Part shown: positions 25,597-37,888 of the stretch, one piece after another | Layout: every line of letters starts with the position of its first letter | How positions within the stretch are numbered: position 1 is the first letter of the stretch | Assembly (NCBI GenBank): GCA_002269645.1 | Contig: NIVC01000870.1 | Location: 1 to 64,000 of the forward strand | From: Macrostomum lignano | Taxonomy: Eukaryota | Direction: 5' to 3' | DNA length: 64,000 bases | Position numbers and translations under genes: made by a program | Notes under the pieces: generated by a model | What the model was told of the DNA's origin: nothing | The model's input: the letters and a program-made list of their open reading frames with translations, nothing else | Database searches by the model: none

Positions 25597-26383
25597 ATGC
25601 AACTTCAAGTGTTTATATTGTCGATGCCAATGTTGTGCTCTGCACTGCCGTCACTGTACCCCGCACCAGCACAAGAGTCAGTGGGCAGCTCCTACTGGCT
25701 CGATCAAGGTCAGCGCGAAATTCGTCGTGTCGAACACGAAACTATCCGATCCTTGTTGAAAAGTCGTGCCAAGCACGTGGTATTGTTTATTGGCGATGGA
25801 ATGGGCGTCAGCACCGTGACCGCTGCTCGAATTCTCAAAGGCCAGTTAGAGAACTCGTCCGGCGACGAGGCTCAACTGTCATTCGAGCGATTTCAGCACA
25901 CGGCCCTGGCCAAGACTTACAACACTGACTACCAACTGCTGATAGCGCCGGTACCGCCACCGCCTTTCTAACGGGCGTGAAAACTCGTAGTGGCCTTCTT
26001 GGCGTCAATGGCAATGCCATTCGCGGTAACTGCAGCTCACTTACTGACGAGACTCGGTTGACTTCGTTTCTTAGAATGGCCGCCGATGAGGGTCGGGCAG
26101 TCGGCATCGTGTCCACCACTCGATTAACCCACGCGACACCAGCAGCGGCGTACAGCCATTCGGTTGATCGTGGATGGGAATCTGATTCGTCTTCGACGAG
26201 TGACGATCGGTCCCGATGCCCCGACATTGCCCGCCAAATGCTCCTGAACGCTGCTGACTATAAGGTCATCCTAGGCGGTGGCAGGCAAAACTTTTTGCCA
26301 GAAGAACTCAAAGGCAAGCGAAAGGACGGCGCTAATTTGATTCGCGAGTGGCAAGCTAAACAGGTGAGTTGAATAACAGGAAT

Positions 26384-26461
<78 letters not shown>

Positions 26462-28199
26462 ATAGGGTGCAATAGTGTACACCCTTAACGTACGAGCGTA
26501 CAGCCTACAACACGTTGAGTCGGCGACTGGCACCCCCGTAGCTAACTGCCAGTTCAAATGGAGGCTTATGAGTTCTGAGCTTTGGTGTACATGGCCTCTA
26601 AAGTGTTCACAGTGCTCAAGATAGCAGGAATCAGTTAATAAATAAACTTGATAAAGTTACTACAGTGAGTCATAAAATTCATGAAAAGTTATCAAGCGAA
26701 AAACACCTGATCCCTAATCCAGGGCAGTCTGAATTGCAGTCGTAGAGCCTACATCGAGACCCGCAACCAGCTGCTGGATCTGGAGCCAGACAAGGTCGAC
26801 TGCGTGCTGGGCCTTCTGTCCAGCTCGCACATGGAATACCACGCGGAGAATATGATGAAACAAAACCTATCAGAAAGACAGCCAAGCCTGGCAGAGATGA
26901 CCACTAAAGCTCTGGAGCTGCTGACTGTCTATGGCAAGGACACTGGACTCGTTTTGCTAGTCGAAGCTGGGCGAATCGACCACGGTCACCATGGAAACCA
27001 AGCTAACCGAGCGCTGCACGAAACAGTCGCACTGTCCGATGCTGTCGAAGCCGCTGTGCAATTGTTGAAGCAGAAGAAGCTTCTTGACGAGACGCTAATG
27101 ATTGTGAGAAAGATCATTTTTGCTCTATTTTGATGGTACACGTGTATTTAATTCTCACGATCCTGCACTTTTGTAGTTACTGAGCGCTGGTAGAGCAGAA
27201 GGTTTATGGAAGGGCTGCGCTGCGCGCTTACTTGAATGTAGTACAGAACTAAGATATCTTTAGCAAGAAGCAACGGAAGTGGTTTGACAAAAATGGCAGT
27301 AGTTGAGTACAACAACTTTCATTCCCTACTCAATCTAATTCCAATACAAACCATTTTTAGTATATGGAAGAATGCCAAAGAATGTGTTCTTGGGAAAAAA
27401 TGTCATTAGAAGATTTTTGGAAGGAGGACTTTAAATCAGAGATTTTTTACAAGAAAACGACTGGAAATGCTTGTAAGAAACAGCTTGTTTCGAAATTCAA
27501 ACTTTCTGTCTTTAAAGGTCACAGCTGATCACAGCCACGTGTTCACCATGGGTCACTACGGGTTGCGCGGCCAGCCAATCACGCAGCTGAAGTACAAGCG
27601 TAACGCCACAACTGGCCGGTTGCAGCTTGACAAAGCGGGCGACGATCTGCCCCTAACTGTACTTAACTACGCAGATGGTAGGGGGGCGTCAAAGTCCCGA
27701 CACGATAGATGGAGTATCAATGCACCTGCTGAGGACACCACAAAGGCCGATTACCAGTGAGAATCTGAACTAATTAATGTGATATATGCGATGCGTGCAC
27801 TGCATGAGGACGATTTCTCTAGAAGGCGCTGCGTCTTGGTGCCCACACCTTTCTACGAGTATTTATTTTTTAGGTGGAGCATCTATATCAACAAAAATTA
27901 CACTTGATTTGCTGCATATATCCTGCAGATTCCCAGCCATGATGCTGAAAAGTGGAGAATCTCACGGTGGCGAGGACGTTCCTGTATTTGCCAGAGGTCC
28001 GGGCTCTCACCTGGTTCAAGGGGTTCACGAGCAGACCCACGTTGCTCACGTAATCATGTACTCGGCTCACCTCGGCCCGTACGCCAGTTCGCAGCGAGAA
28101 TCTTTTCAGCCGACTGTGGCGCCCAACATCAAAAGCGCAATTTTTGTCAACGCTGCTTACATCTTCAAATTGGTGTCTGGTTTTGTCGGCTTCGTTTAA
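25597..28199 (+). CDS. ALP: Alkaline phosphatase (~552 aa if repaired), with a 1-nt deletion at ~25935
   Basis: Exons 25597-26363, 26723-27103, 27518-27756, 27929-28199. Motifs [18 protein letters not shown] (Ser codon 25944-25946), [31 protein letters not shown]. Signal peptide and hydrophobic, GPI-signal-like C-terminus. Confidence 0.93.
26387..26458. repeat. (AG)n microsatellite in ALP intron 1
   Basis: Directly visible. Confidence 0.97.
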
Positions 28200-29361
28200 T
28201 TTACTCAAGCGATTCATTTTCCTAACTAATTTTGATATGTTACGTAACCGATTCTTTTTATAATTTTGAGCTTTATATTTTGCCGGATTTCAATATAAAT
28301 CTATTTCACAGATTCAACGACTAATTGTTTACTTCTATACGATTTGCAACTTCAATTCGTATAATAACCTAAATAACAAGAATACCAATTACTTTCTTTC
28401 ATTTATCAGTTTCTTTTCTGTAAGCATGTAGTTCTTTTCAACTATTAATTACCAACTAATAAACGTTCTACCCCTATTCAGAATTTACAAAGCAAATTTT
28501 GGATGCCTTCATATGAGTAATTATACATTTTTGCGTTCTATTTGGTGCAAACTGCGTTCAATTAGGTGGGACACACGCAGCGGAAACGAGCCAAGCCGAA
28601 AGACTCTCTCACGTCCACCAAGCTGATTTTGAAATAAGGGCCTTATCCAAGGCACAGAGACTGTACATGCCTGACATCTAGAAAGTCTGTTCCGCTGTAC
28701 AGCCTGTCTGAACATCTGTTTGAATGCGTGCTTGCGTATTGGTGCGCTCAAGAGGCAGCAGAATGGGCGAATGATCAGAACTGTGCGATGATGTCGCCAA
28801 AGGCGCTGCTAGCTGTAGGGTGCCTGCAGTCCAGTGAATATTTTATTGTTGTCAGCACTAAAAAGTAATGAAAAAATCCATTAGTATAGATTACACATTG
28901 CTGCTGTCCAATACTGTGAATAGCTAACATTGCCGACAGTTGATTTTTTATCAGGAACGTGCAAAGTCGAGCGAATCCTTGATACTTCGTACATCAATCC
29001 TTAGCTAAAATGCCGTGTTTTGGACAGGAGAGGCTTCATAATTTTATAAAGTTTTTTGGGAGTTTGTTTAATCAAGAATCTTAACTAGCTCCTTTTGTAA
29101 CAAGTCTGTTTTTTAACGCACAAGTGTTTCAATGTCCTGAGGGGTTCATGGCCATAACTGCAGCTGTCAGCTTTAGCAATGGAAGAGAGCGAGTCTGCTC
29201 CTTGTTTATTCAATCTCCCCAGCAGACGCGGATAGGCTGTCAAGTCAAGTCTTTTACGAGCTCGTATTTTCCTAAACTGAGCCACCTCCGAGACAATTAC
29301 ATCCGGACGATTACATCTTCGATGGCGCGTCTGTATCGTGAAGTCATAAACGTCATTGTGC

Positions 29362-30189
29362 TTTTTTAGAGGCAGGGGCTGTATGCACCCTAACACGACA
29401 CTTTAGGTGAAATTGTCACATAAGCGGCGAGAGGCATTATACTGCCCATAACGCTGGCTCCGGCCTGAGCAGGCACACAAGCGCGCGGATATACGTGAGA
29501 AGTCATACGCACTGACACACAACGACAGCGGCCCTAACTTTATGTATCGTTAGGCATCAGGGCTTGGCATTGTTAGTAGCCCCAAGTATCCAGTACCGAG
29601 CAGTCTAACCCAAGGCTGACCGAGTACCGAGCATTTTACATGTAAAAAGCAGACGAGTACGAAGTACTCACCAGATCTTTATATAATTTATATCGCACAA
29701 ATGCAATACGTTGAGCAAACTCAAAAACGTAATTGAGCTGTGCAACTTCTTCTTTAAGCTTCAACTTCACCAGGAAAAATCACTTTTTTGAAAGTTTCTT
29801 TCCTAGACCTACCTTTTCTAGGAAAGAATATCGTGAATATTACTTTTTAAGTTTCAATCCCCTTCACCTCGACATCAAAACTTGACAGTTCAGTTGGGAA
29901 TGGTTGATAAAATTACTCGTCTAATACTCGTCAAAACTCGATTGTAAACGATCACCGTTTACAAAAACATTTTTGTACACCCAGTACCAAAGCACCGAGT
30001 ACCGAGTACTCGCCCAGTCCTGTTAGGCATGTACCGGTACACTTCACTGTAGCTTTGGGGTTTGGCCCTCAAGGGCATTAATTGAACAAGCAGACCCAAG
30101 CCGAGATTACAATTTAGCCCCTTAAATTAATGACCACTTGAAATCGAATCTGACGTAAAAACGCCGTGCTTGACCACTGGGCTACGGCC
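29362..30189 (-). mobile_element. tRNA-derived SINE, copy 2, interrupted by a hAT MITE
   Basis: Colinear with 4878-5247 (agaggcagggg, ggcgagaggcatta, cagcggccctaacttt, ttaggcatgtac, cacttgaaatcga, ctgggctacggcc); A box 30174-30184, B box 30140-30150. Confidence 0.85.
29558..30022. mobile_element. hAT-type MITE (465 bp)
   Basis: TIRs cagggcttggc / gcccagtcctg; perfect 8-bp TSD ttaggcat at 29550-29557 and 30023-30030; subterminal gtaccgag repeats. Confidence 0.88.
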
Positions 30190-31304
30190 TCCTTATCAAA
30201 AAGGTGCTTAAGTTTGTATCCTTTTTTACTTGTATGGAAATGAGGTTTATGAAAAGCGTTTAAATAATAAGCAAGTATAGCACCACAATCGGTCAGCAGT
30301 TGATGCAGGGACAGTTAGATAGTCTAGCGTTTGGAAATACCTCTTTTTTCTTCTGTTAAGGTACTTGAACTTATGTCTCGTGACGCTGAACGCGTATTTT
30401 TTTATTGTTCTTGTTGTCTCCTTGTACTCGCAATAGTTTCAACCAAAATGTTTGGTTGAAAAAAGCTGACGAGACAGTAGCCATCTGTCACTCAATCCCA
30501 CAATCGCTGTTTTGATATGCAGTTTTATTGCCACATTGAGGTTGCATGAGTGGCCTCAGTGATTGGCAGCTGTCCCTGATAAATGCTAAGCACAAAAAGT
30601 TGCAGTTTTTTCAGAACTTTTCAATTCAAGTTGAAGCCAAAGTCACTTACCGTGTTTTAAGTGCTGTTTAATAGATAGTTTCGTTGCACGATCGATTCCC
30701 TACTAGTCGAAAGTTTTTGAAAACATTTTTACTTCAAGGTACGAAGTTACACAAAATAAAATACTTTATCGATATGAATTTTCTCAGACTATTAATGGTG
30801 CTTTAGTAGTTAATGTACAAAACCTGTATACAAGTAAAATTTAATTTGCTACGTTAAAATTTGGTTAAGCGGTTGTAGTTATGGATCAACTGCAAAACTA
30901 TAGCAACCTATAAACAGTTAAAAAAACTCCAAAGCAAAAATTCGGAATTCTTGCGAATCTATCTGTCAGTAACTGTCAATATTAATAATAACTAAACTAC
31001 TAATCTTCTAGCCCAGGCTTTTGAGTGCGTGGCCTTTACTTGGCGCGGCCAGTCTATTTTTTGGGTAGTTTGCTTGTTTTGTTGGGCTTAGCCTCAGGGT
31101 TTGGGTGCTATTTACGGTGCGCCTGGTGTGCCCACGCCCTGCGTGCTTTTTGTGTTTTGTTGTGCTCCAAGAAAGCAAGCGCGAGACTTGACTTGAGTAA
31201 GAAACAGCGACATTAGCTACCTACGATAACAGAAACCTGAGAGCCCAATTGAGAAATCAGTCTTTGAAAAAGAGTCTTTAAGAGTTGCGAAGAAATTAGA
31301 AGCC

Positions 31305-31447
31305 GCGCTTTGAGACCTACGAGCCAATCAACAAACGTGCGAACCTGCGCTTGAGACCTACGAGCCAATCAACAAACGTGCGAACCTGCGCTTGAGACCT
31401 ACGAGCCAATCAACAAACGTGCGAACCTGCGCCTGAGACCTACGAGC
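31305..31447. repeat. 41-bp tandem repeat containing CCAAT (tgagacctacgagccaatcaacaaacgtgcgaacctgcgct) x3.4
   Basis: Unit starts at 31311, 31352 and 31393. Confidence 0.9.
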
Positions 31448-32037
31448 AATAAACGTACGAACGGCAATTTGGCCACTTGTAAGACGCCTGCTGCTTGAGT
31501 TCATTATTTTCTGGGGAGCTTGTTAGGCTGCAGGGATTTCTTGCCAGAGCGTCCTAACGCCGGGAGAGCATATAGCGTATTGTAGCACTGTACCGCCCGC
31601 ATAACATTTTAACGTATCGGGACGTCACAGAAACGTCTCGTATAGGTATTTAGTGTCACGTTGCCGATACGTAATTTTTTAGGTGACCATTACGTCCCCT
31701 GCAACGTTTTTAATCTACGTTTCTAATTGGTCCAAATTATACTTACCGATAACGTAAGGATTAGACGCTCCGACGCATGTGTTTGATGTAATATTGTATT
31801 ATATGTACTTGGGTGCAATCTATCAGTCCTGATTTTTTCTGACTGCGTAACTGATTAAGAAATTATTCTATATACTCAATCAACGTAACGTAGCCTCGGC
31901 TTCTACAGAATATTTGGGCCCAATAAAAATATAAAACTCCAATTATAAAATATAATCCACCAGTGCAAATTAAGTCAGAAATAAAAATAACCAATTTGCG
32001 TCTAGATTTAATAAGCAGAAAAAGTTCAACAAAAAGG

Positions 32038-32219
32038 CAGTGGCGCAGCCAGAAATTTTTCGGGGGGGGGGCATCTCAGCACCCACCCAGGGGAGGGGTA
32101 TAGGAGAGCGGTTTTTAATTCTCCGGAATTTCAGATGGAGAAGCATTTTTTTCAGGAATTTTTTTGGGGGGCGGGGGGTAAATTTCGGGGGGGTCCAAGT
32201 CCCCCTGGCTGCGTCACTG
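32038..32219. mobile_element. Short hAT-like MITE (182 bp)
   Basis: 15-bp TIR cagtggcgcagccag / ctggctgcgtcactg (1 mismatch); acaaaaag at 32029-32036 and 32220-32227 as probable 8-bp TSD (one extra G on the left). Confidence 0.7.
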
Positions 32220-32246
32220 ACAAAAAGACAGTTTACACTTGTATAT

Positions 32247-32835
32247 TAGGGCGCATTCACAAAGAAATAATTAAAAGCATTAGGGCGCATTCACAAAGAA
32301 ATAATTAAAAGCATTAGGGCGCATTCACAAAGAAATAATTAAAAGCATTGGGGCGCATTCACAAAGAAATAATTAAAAGCATTGGGGCGCATTCACCATC
32401 AAGTAACTAAAAGCATTGGGGCGCATTAAGAAAAAGTAAAAGCATTGGCGCATTCACCATCAAGTAATTTAAAGCATTAGGGCGCATTCACCATCAAGTA
32501 ACTAAAAGCATCGGGGCGCATTAAGAAAAAGTAAAAGCATTGGCGCATTCACCATCAAGTAATTAGAAGCATTGGGGCGCATTAAGAAAAAGTAAGAGCA
32601 TTGGCGCATTCACCATCAAGTAATTAGAAGCATTGGGGCGCATTAATAAAAAGTAAGAGCATTGGCGCATTCACCATCAAGTAATTAAAAGCATTGGGGC
32701 GCATTCACCATCAAGTAATTAAAAGCATTAGGGCACATTTACCATCAAGTAACTAAAAGCATTGGGCGCATTAAGAAAAAGTAAAAGCATTGGCGCATTC
32801 ACCATCACATAATTAAAAGCATTAGGGCGCATTAA
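32247..32835. repeat. ~30-34-bp minisatellite (aaaagcattagggcgcattcac...), ~18 copies in variant units
   Basis: Directly visible. Confidence 0.92.
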
Positions 32836-32836
32836 A

Positions 32837-33345
32837 TTAATCACTTTCACCATCGGCGTCTTCATCTAGATCTAAGTTACTCGGCCCAGCTTGATCCTCA
32901 TCGTGAGTGTCGCTGTTATTAAGGCTCGTATTGTCGTTGGCACTAGGATCAGCCAGGGCTGCCGCAGAATTGGGGTCAGTGACTTCGTTTTGAACCGCTC
33001 TACTGGTTGATTGCGCTTTCTTTGTCATCCTTTTAAGAATCTCGCCAATAAAAAAGAACGGCCTGTTTCACTTAAATAAGTTTTTAGGCAACAGACGCTT
33101 TAGTCTCTTGTTGCTGTGAACGACATCTACAAAAATTCAGCGTATGAAATTTAATTAAGAGATGAGAGTGATAATTTGTGGATTTTTGGTGTGAGTTTAT
33201 TGGGATGTAGGTTGTACTCACTAGAAATGCACTGGGCTACAGCTTCAGGAAGCGGCTTCTTTGATCCACACCCTTTGATATTAAAATGTTGGAGGGTTTT
33301 AGCGTTTGCTGTCGACAGCAGCATTGCAGTAACAGCCTCGGACAA
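32837..33345 (-). pseudogene. Spliced fragment resembling a BEN/DUF4806-like transposon accessory protein
   Basis: LLSTANAKTLQHFNIKGCGSKKPLPEAVAQCIS, gtgagt donor, ttgtag acceptor, then VVHSNKRL...FIGEILKRMTKK and an acidic tail; frameshifted. Family call is from pattern memory only. Confidence 0.3.
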
Positions 33346-34173
33346 GAAAATGCAGTTTGCAGATCGCTTGAAGCAGTAGCTCAGCTAAAATATAATTGAT
33401 GGAGTTTGTAATGCAAAAATACAGTAACAAGGAACAAGCAAGAATTTGCAGTAGTTGAACTAAGCTTTATTAGTTGCTCAGCAATCTTGGTATATTTCTT
33501 TTTGGGGGGCATTACATTGTGAAAGTATCCTGGAAAAATATTTAGTTAGGTATACAAGAATGCTTATTTTGATAAGATAATTGATATTTATATTTTGTTG
33601 CTATAAACAAACTTATATTTAATAGTATAAAATAAATAAAAAAATTACATTTTCAATTTTAAGAACAAATAAATAAAGGACTTCAATAAAATTTGTTTAA
33701 TTTCTAAATTATTAGGGGGCATATTTCTTGTTTGAATGCAAGCCAAAAGTCTACTATTATAGGGCCTACCTATATGCTATAACAACATATAGCTATAATA
33801 GTATAGGCTACTTAGAGAACAAGAAACCAAAAAATTGCCCACATCTTTTAATGTAACTGACTGATTTAATATTTAGTCTAAAGTATATTTTTATTAAGCT
33901 TAGCTAATAGGTCAACCTAGCAGTAAATATAAACAATAAAATAGACCCACTATACTATAGCACCCCAGGGCCAGGCCAGGCCCAAACTTAATACTTTAGA
34001 ATCCCAAGAGTCTAAGAGTTGAAGAAGAGTCCAGACCATGCCTAGGCCTACTCGGCTAATAAAATTATAGGTACGTATTAATTTATTGGCAAGCAAGCCA
34101 AATAATTACTGCAAACGCCTAGGCCCAATATTTTGTAATAAATTGGACTAATATTATAATAATATAAATTATA

Positions 34174-34775
34174 GGCAGTGCTTATCCCCACGGTACCGTA
34201 GGAATAATTTCTGTCTTATTCTAACGGTACCGTGCGAATAATTTTCTGCTTATCCGCACGGCACACTGACGAGATAGCTGCCCTATCTTCTACATATGCC
34301 GTGGGAATAATTTTCTGCTTATCCGCACGGCACACTGACGAGATAGCTGCCCTACACGTCCTCTGTTTTATTCCCTCTGCTTTACTAGCTGCCCTATCGG
34401 TTTTTATCTGCTACATATATATGCTGTGCGTGAATAGTTTATAGCTTATTAAAAGGGAATTTGAACTGAGGATACTAAGAAGCTGTTGATCTTGATGATG
34501 TATAAACTTGAATCAGTTCTAGACTAGTATATGCATGTGTAAATGCGTGTTATTCTGCTTTACTGATACCCTTCTGTATACTTATTCAACAATAATTCAA
34601 CAAAGTTGTTATACTGCACTCAAATCGTATGTACTAAACTTCCCACACGGCATATGTAGAAGATAAGGCAGCTATCTCCTCAGTGTGCCGTGCGGATAAG
34701 CAGAAAATTATTCGCACGGTACCGTTGGAATAAGACAGAAATTATTCCTACGGTACCGTGGGGATAAGCACTGCC
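34174..34775. mobile_element. Mutator/MULE-type MITE (602 bp)
   Basis: Long TIRs (~135 bp) starting GGCAGTGCTTATCCCCACGG; perfect 9-bp TSD taaattata at 34165-34173 and 34776-34784. Confidence 0.9.
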
Positions 34776-35590
34776 TAAATTATAAGCTAGTCAGTATTGA
34801 ATAAGTTAAATCGGGCTAAATTAGTGATCTTAACGCAGAGCACAGTTAGTAAAAGTGATGTTGATCAATAGTCATCTATTAGCACCCTTAGTCCCTTAAA
34901 TAAACTAAACTTCTACTGAGCATATACGACCTTAAGACTGACGTCTGACGGAGCTAGAGAACAAGCATGTGTATTGTGGTAGGTCGAGCTACCACTCCGA
35001 GCGAGATAATTTCGTCAGATGGTGAAATTTCTATGACTCCCTTTTTGTCACCCAGTGCGCCGCCCTTTGCCCCATCCCTCGCCCCATCTTTGGCCGAAGT
35101 CGTTTTTTGTTATTTCCCGTTTTCGTTGCAGTGTCGTCCGTTGCCCCATCGTTTGCCCCATTCTCTGCCCCATCCCTTGCCTTGTCGCCCCATCTGTTGC
35201 CCCATCCCTGTCCGGACGACACTTCCTCTATTTATATGGCCAATTCGGGCCGCCAGCTTTTATCTTCTTCTTCTTCTGGCCCTTTATTACCTGGTTCTTT
35301 GTACCTTCTCCTTTGTTTCTTTCTTTTGTTGGTTTAACTTAGTTTAGCGCTTTGATTTTGTTTTGGGTTAGTTAATTGGCACCCGGCACCGGCCGCGATC
35401 ATCTTCGTTGAAAATAACATTCTAATTTAATCAGTTAATATCATCTGCTAAAAGTAAATAAACATAATAATAATTCCTAATAACGGTTCGTTCGTTAATC
35501 GAAGCCCTTAATAGTTTGCTGGTAGAGTCGCTCGCTTGGCGAGAAGAATAAATAGAAAGCTTAATATCAACATTTGAATATGATTTCAAT

Positions 35591-35648
35591 TTCTAACAAC
35601 TTCAACGCGTTTCGCACGCCATGGTGCATCGTCAGGATTTTATTAGAA
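35591..35648 (-). ncRNA. Identical hammerhead ribozyme in the inverted 5' copy
   Basis: Exact reverse complement of 37831-37888. Confidence 0.85.
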
Positions 35649-35725
35649 CGATTTGAGAAATTGAGATTGAACTCGAATCTGTTGTCAGTAAGTGCCTCTC
35701 ACGCAGCAACACGGAGAACAATGAG

Positions 35726-37546
35726 ATGCACCACCCCCCTGATACTTTTAGGAGAAAAATCATTGCTGAATTTGAAAACTTTGTTATCAAAGCCACCAAC
35801 TGCCTTGTCAATAAGAAAAATAAACTCCAACACCGTACTCTCAAACAGTTAAGCAAATCTGACAAAATTAAAATCGTTAGTTACGACAAAGGATATGGCG
35901 TGGCCATTCTCAATACCGATGACTATAACCACAAACTCCACAGTATCATCCAAGACCAAACCAAATTCCAGTGCCTGGGCACTCATGACACTGTCACCAT
36001 GTCGCATCCCATCCTCAAAGCCGAACGATCTCTTCAAAATTTCCTCCGCAACCATATCAAACAACACATCGAACCAAACATCTATCAGCGTATCTTACCT
36101 AGTGGCAGTCAACCGGGACAACTCTACGGGGTTTGTAAAGTCCACAAACCTGACAATCCTCTTAGACCAATTGTCTCCATGGTCAACACCGCCGAATACG
36201 AAGTTGCCAAGTACCTGGATTCTCTTATCAAGCCCTGCATTCCTTCCAATTTCATGTCCAAATCCAACAAAGACTTCCTCAATGACCTTCAAAAGTTCAA
36301 CCCTACGCTCAACAGATCCGACTCTCTATGTAGTTTTGATGTTGTTTCTCTCTTCACCAACATCCCCCTTGATCTGGCCATTGACTATGCCACTGAGTTG
36401 GTGTACAACACGAACCCTCCCACCATGGCCAAGTCGTCCTTTAGAAAACTCCTGGGCTTTGCTACCTCTGGAATCTTTATGTTTGACAATAAATACTATA
36501 GGCAAGTTGATGGCTGTGCCATGGGAAGCCCCTTGGCCCCCACTCTGGCGAACGTCTGCTTGGCCCATTGGGAAACCGAAAACTGGATGTCTCTCAACTG
36601 TGCCCCCAAATTCTACAGGCGCTACGTCGACGATACGTTTGCCATCTTTGATCAGGAGCAAAAAATTGATCAGTTCCTCCACGCTCTCAACTCCACTCAT
36701 AAGAACATAAAATTCACGGTTGAACATGCTGTTGACCAAAGACTCCCCTTCCTGGACATTGACATTGACTACAGTAAGGAAACCCTCTCCACAAAAGTCT
36801 TCCGTAAGAAAAGCTTTACCAATCTCATTCTCAACTTCCAAGCCACTTGCCCCAGACAATGGAAAACTGGGCTCGTGAGGTGTTTGCTCCATAGAGCTTT
36901 CACTACCTGTAACACCTGGATCAACTTTGACCGGGAGGTGCAGTTCCTCACCAGACTGTTCCATCAAAATGACTACCCCGTTTGTCTGGTCCAAAAAATC
37001 GTCAACAAGTTCATCTCGGACAAAATCACCAAACAAAAACCTGAGCAATCTGTCACCACTGAAGAATTTGAACCCATTCTGCGTCTCCCCTTCCTCGGAC
37101 CTCCATCTCTAGCCTTTAAAAACAGAATGCGTAGGTTATTCTTTGCCTCTTTCAATCGTAACATCCGGGTCGTCTTCCACACGAACAAGATTGGGAACTT
37201 TGTTAGCAGATTAAAGTCGCGTGTTCCTTGTACTCTGCGTGCAGGTGTTGTCTACCAATTTAACTGCTCTGTGGACCAGAACGTCTCCTACGTGGGGAAA
37301 ACCAAAAGACACCTACACACGAGGATCAGGGAACACTGGCTCAAACCATCTGCTATACAAACTCACCTCCTTGAATGCACTAACTGCAATGACTGCAAAC
37401 CAGAAGAACACTTTAAAATCATTGACCAAAGCCATACTGACGCCAAACTTAGAATTCTCGAGGCCCTGCACATAAAAGCTCAGACCCCGAATCTCAACAC
37501 CCAATTACAACATAGTGGTGCAGGTCACGTTCTCCGCGTTTTCTGA
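35726..37546 (+). CDS. PLE reverse transcriptase + GIY-YIG endonuclease (606 aa, uninterrupted)
   Basis: DKG, LYGVCKVHK, PLRPIVS, SFDVVSLFTNIP, QVDGCAMGSPLAP, RRYVDDTF, LPFLD, YQFNC...YVGKTKRHLHTRIREH, EALHIK...PNLNTQ. The frame is open back to the inversion junction at ~35672. Confidence 0.96.
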   Translation: MHHPPDTFRRKIIAEFENFVIKATNCLVNKKNKLQHRTLKQLSKSDKIKIVSYDKGYGVAILNTDDYNHKLHSIIQDQTKFQCLGTHDTVTMSHPILKAERSLQNFLRNHIKQHIEPNIYQRILPSGSQPGQLYGVCKVHKPDNPLRPIVSMVNTAEYEVAKYLDSLIKPCIPSNFMSKSNKDFLNDLQKFNPTLNRSDSLCSFDVVSLFTNIPLDLAIDYATELVYNTNPPTMAKSSFRKLLGFATSGIFMFDNKYYRQVDGCAMGSPLAPTLANVCLAHWETENWMSLNCAPKFYRRYVDDTFAIFDQEQKIDQFLHALNSTHKNIKFTVEHAVDQRLPFLDIDIDYSKETLSTKVFRKKSFTNLILNFQATCPRQWKTGLVRCLLHRAFTTCNTWINFDREVQFLTRLFHQNDYPVCLVQKIVNKFISDKITKQKPEQSVTTEEFEPILRLPFLGPPSLAFKNRMRRLFFASFNRNIRVVFHTNKIGNFVSRLKSRVPCTLRAGVVYQFNCSVDQNVSYVGKTKRHLHTRIREHWLKPSAIQTHLLECTNCNDCKPEEHFKIIDQSHTDAKLRILEALHIKAQTPNLNTQLQHSGAGHVLRVF

Positions 37547-37830
37547 ACAGTGAGTGACACAGTCGTGCACGCTGTGTACACTTAGCTTGACGTTCAATTA
37601 CCTAAGCTAGCTACCGCCCCTGATTCTGCCTTTTGACCACTGGACAAGAATTGTGTACATTTGGTTTAACTTTCATTCTCAATCTATAATTCTCTCTCCT
37701 ACCTACTATACCTATGTATGTTGTTAAAGCCAAGTTGTAATCAATTGTTTTCAATCTTACCCTCCTTACCTGTGTACGTTGCAAAAACCAATATTTAATC
37801 AATCGCTTTCAATCTCAATTTCTCAAATCG

Positions 37831-37888
37831 TTCTAATAAAATCCTGACGATGCACCATGGCGTGCGAAACGCGTTGAAGTTGTTAGAA
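37831..37888 (+). ncRNA. Type I hammerhead ribozyme in the PLE 3' terminal repeat
   Basis: Stem I ttctaataaaatc / gaagttgttagaa (11 pairs, 2x2 internal loop); core CTGACGA 37844-37850; extra U; stem II gcac-catggc-gtgc; GAAA 37866-37869; palindromic stem III acgcgt; GUU triplet with predicted cleavage after 37875. Confidence 0.88.

Noticed and set aside
34266-34300. CTGACGA followed by a stem in the MULE MITE
   Set aside because: No GAAA after stem II and no stem I or III, so not a hammerhead.
34967-35347. Overlapping Pro/Cys-rich ORFs
   Set aside because: Arise from repeated gccccatc motifs; no recognisable protein.
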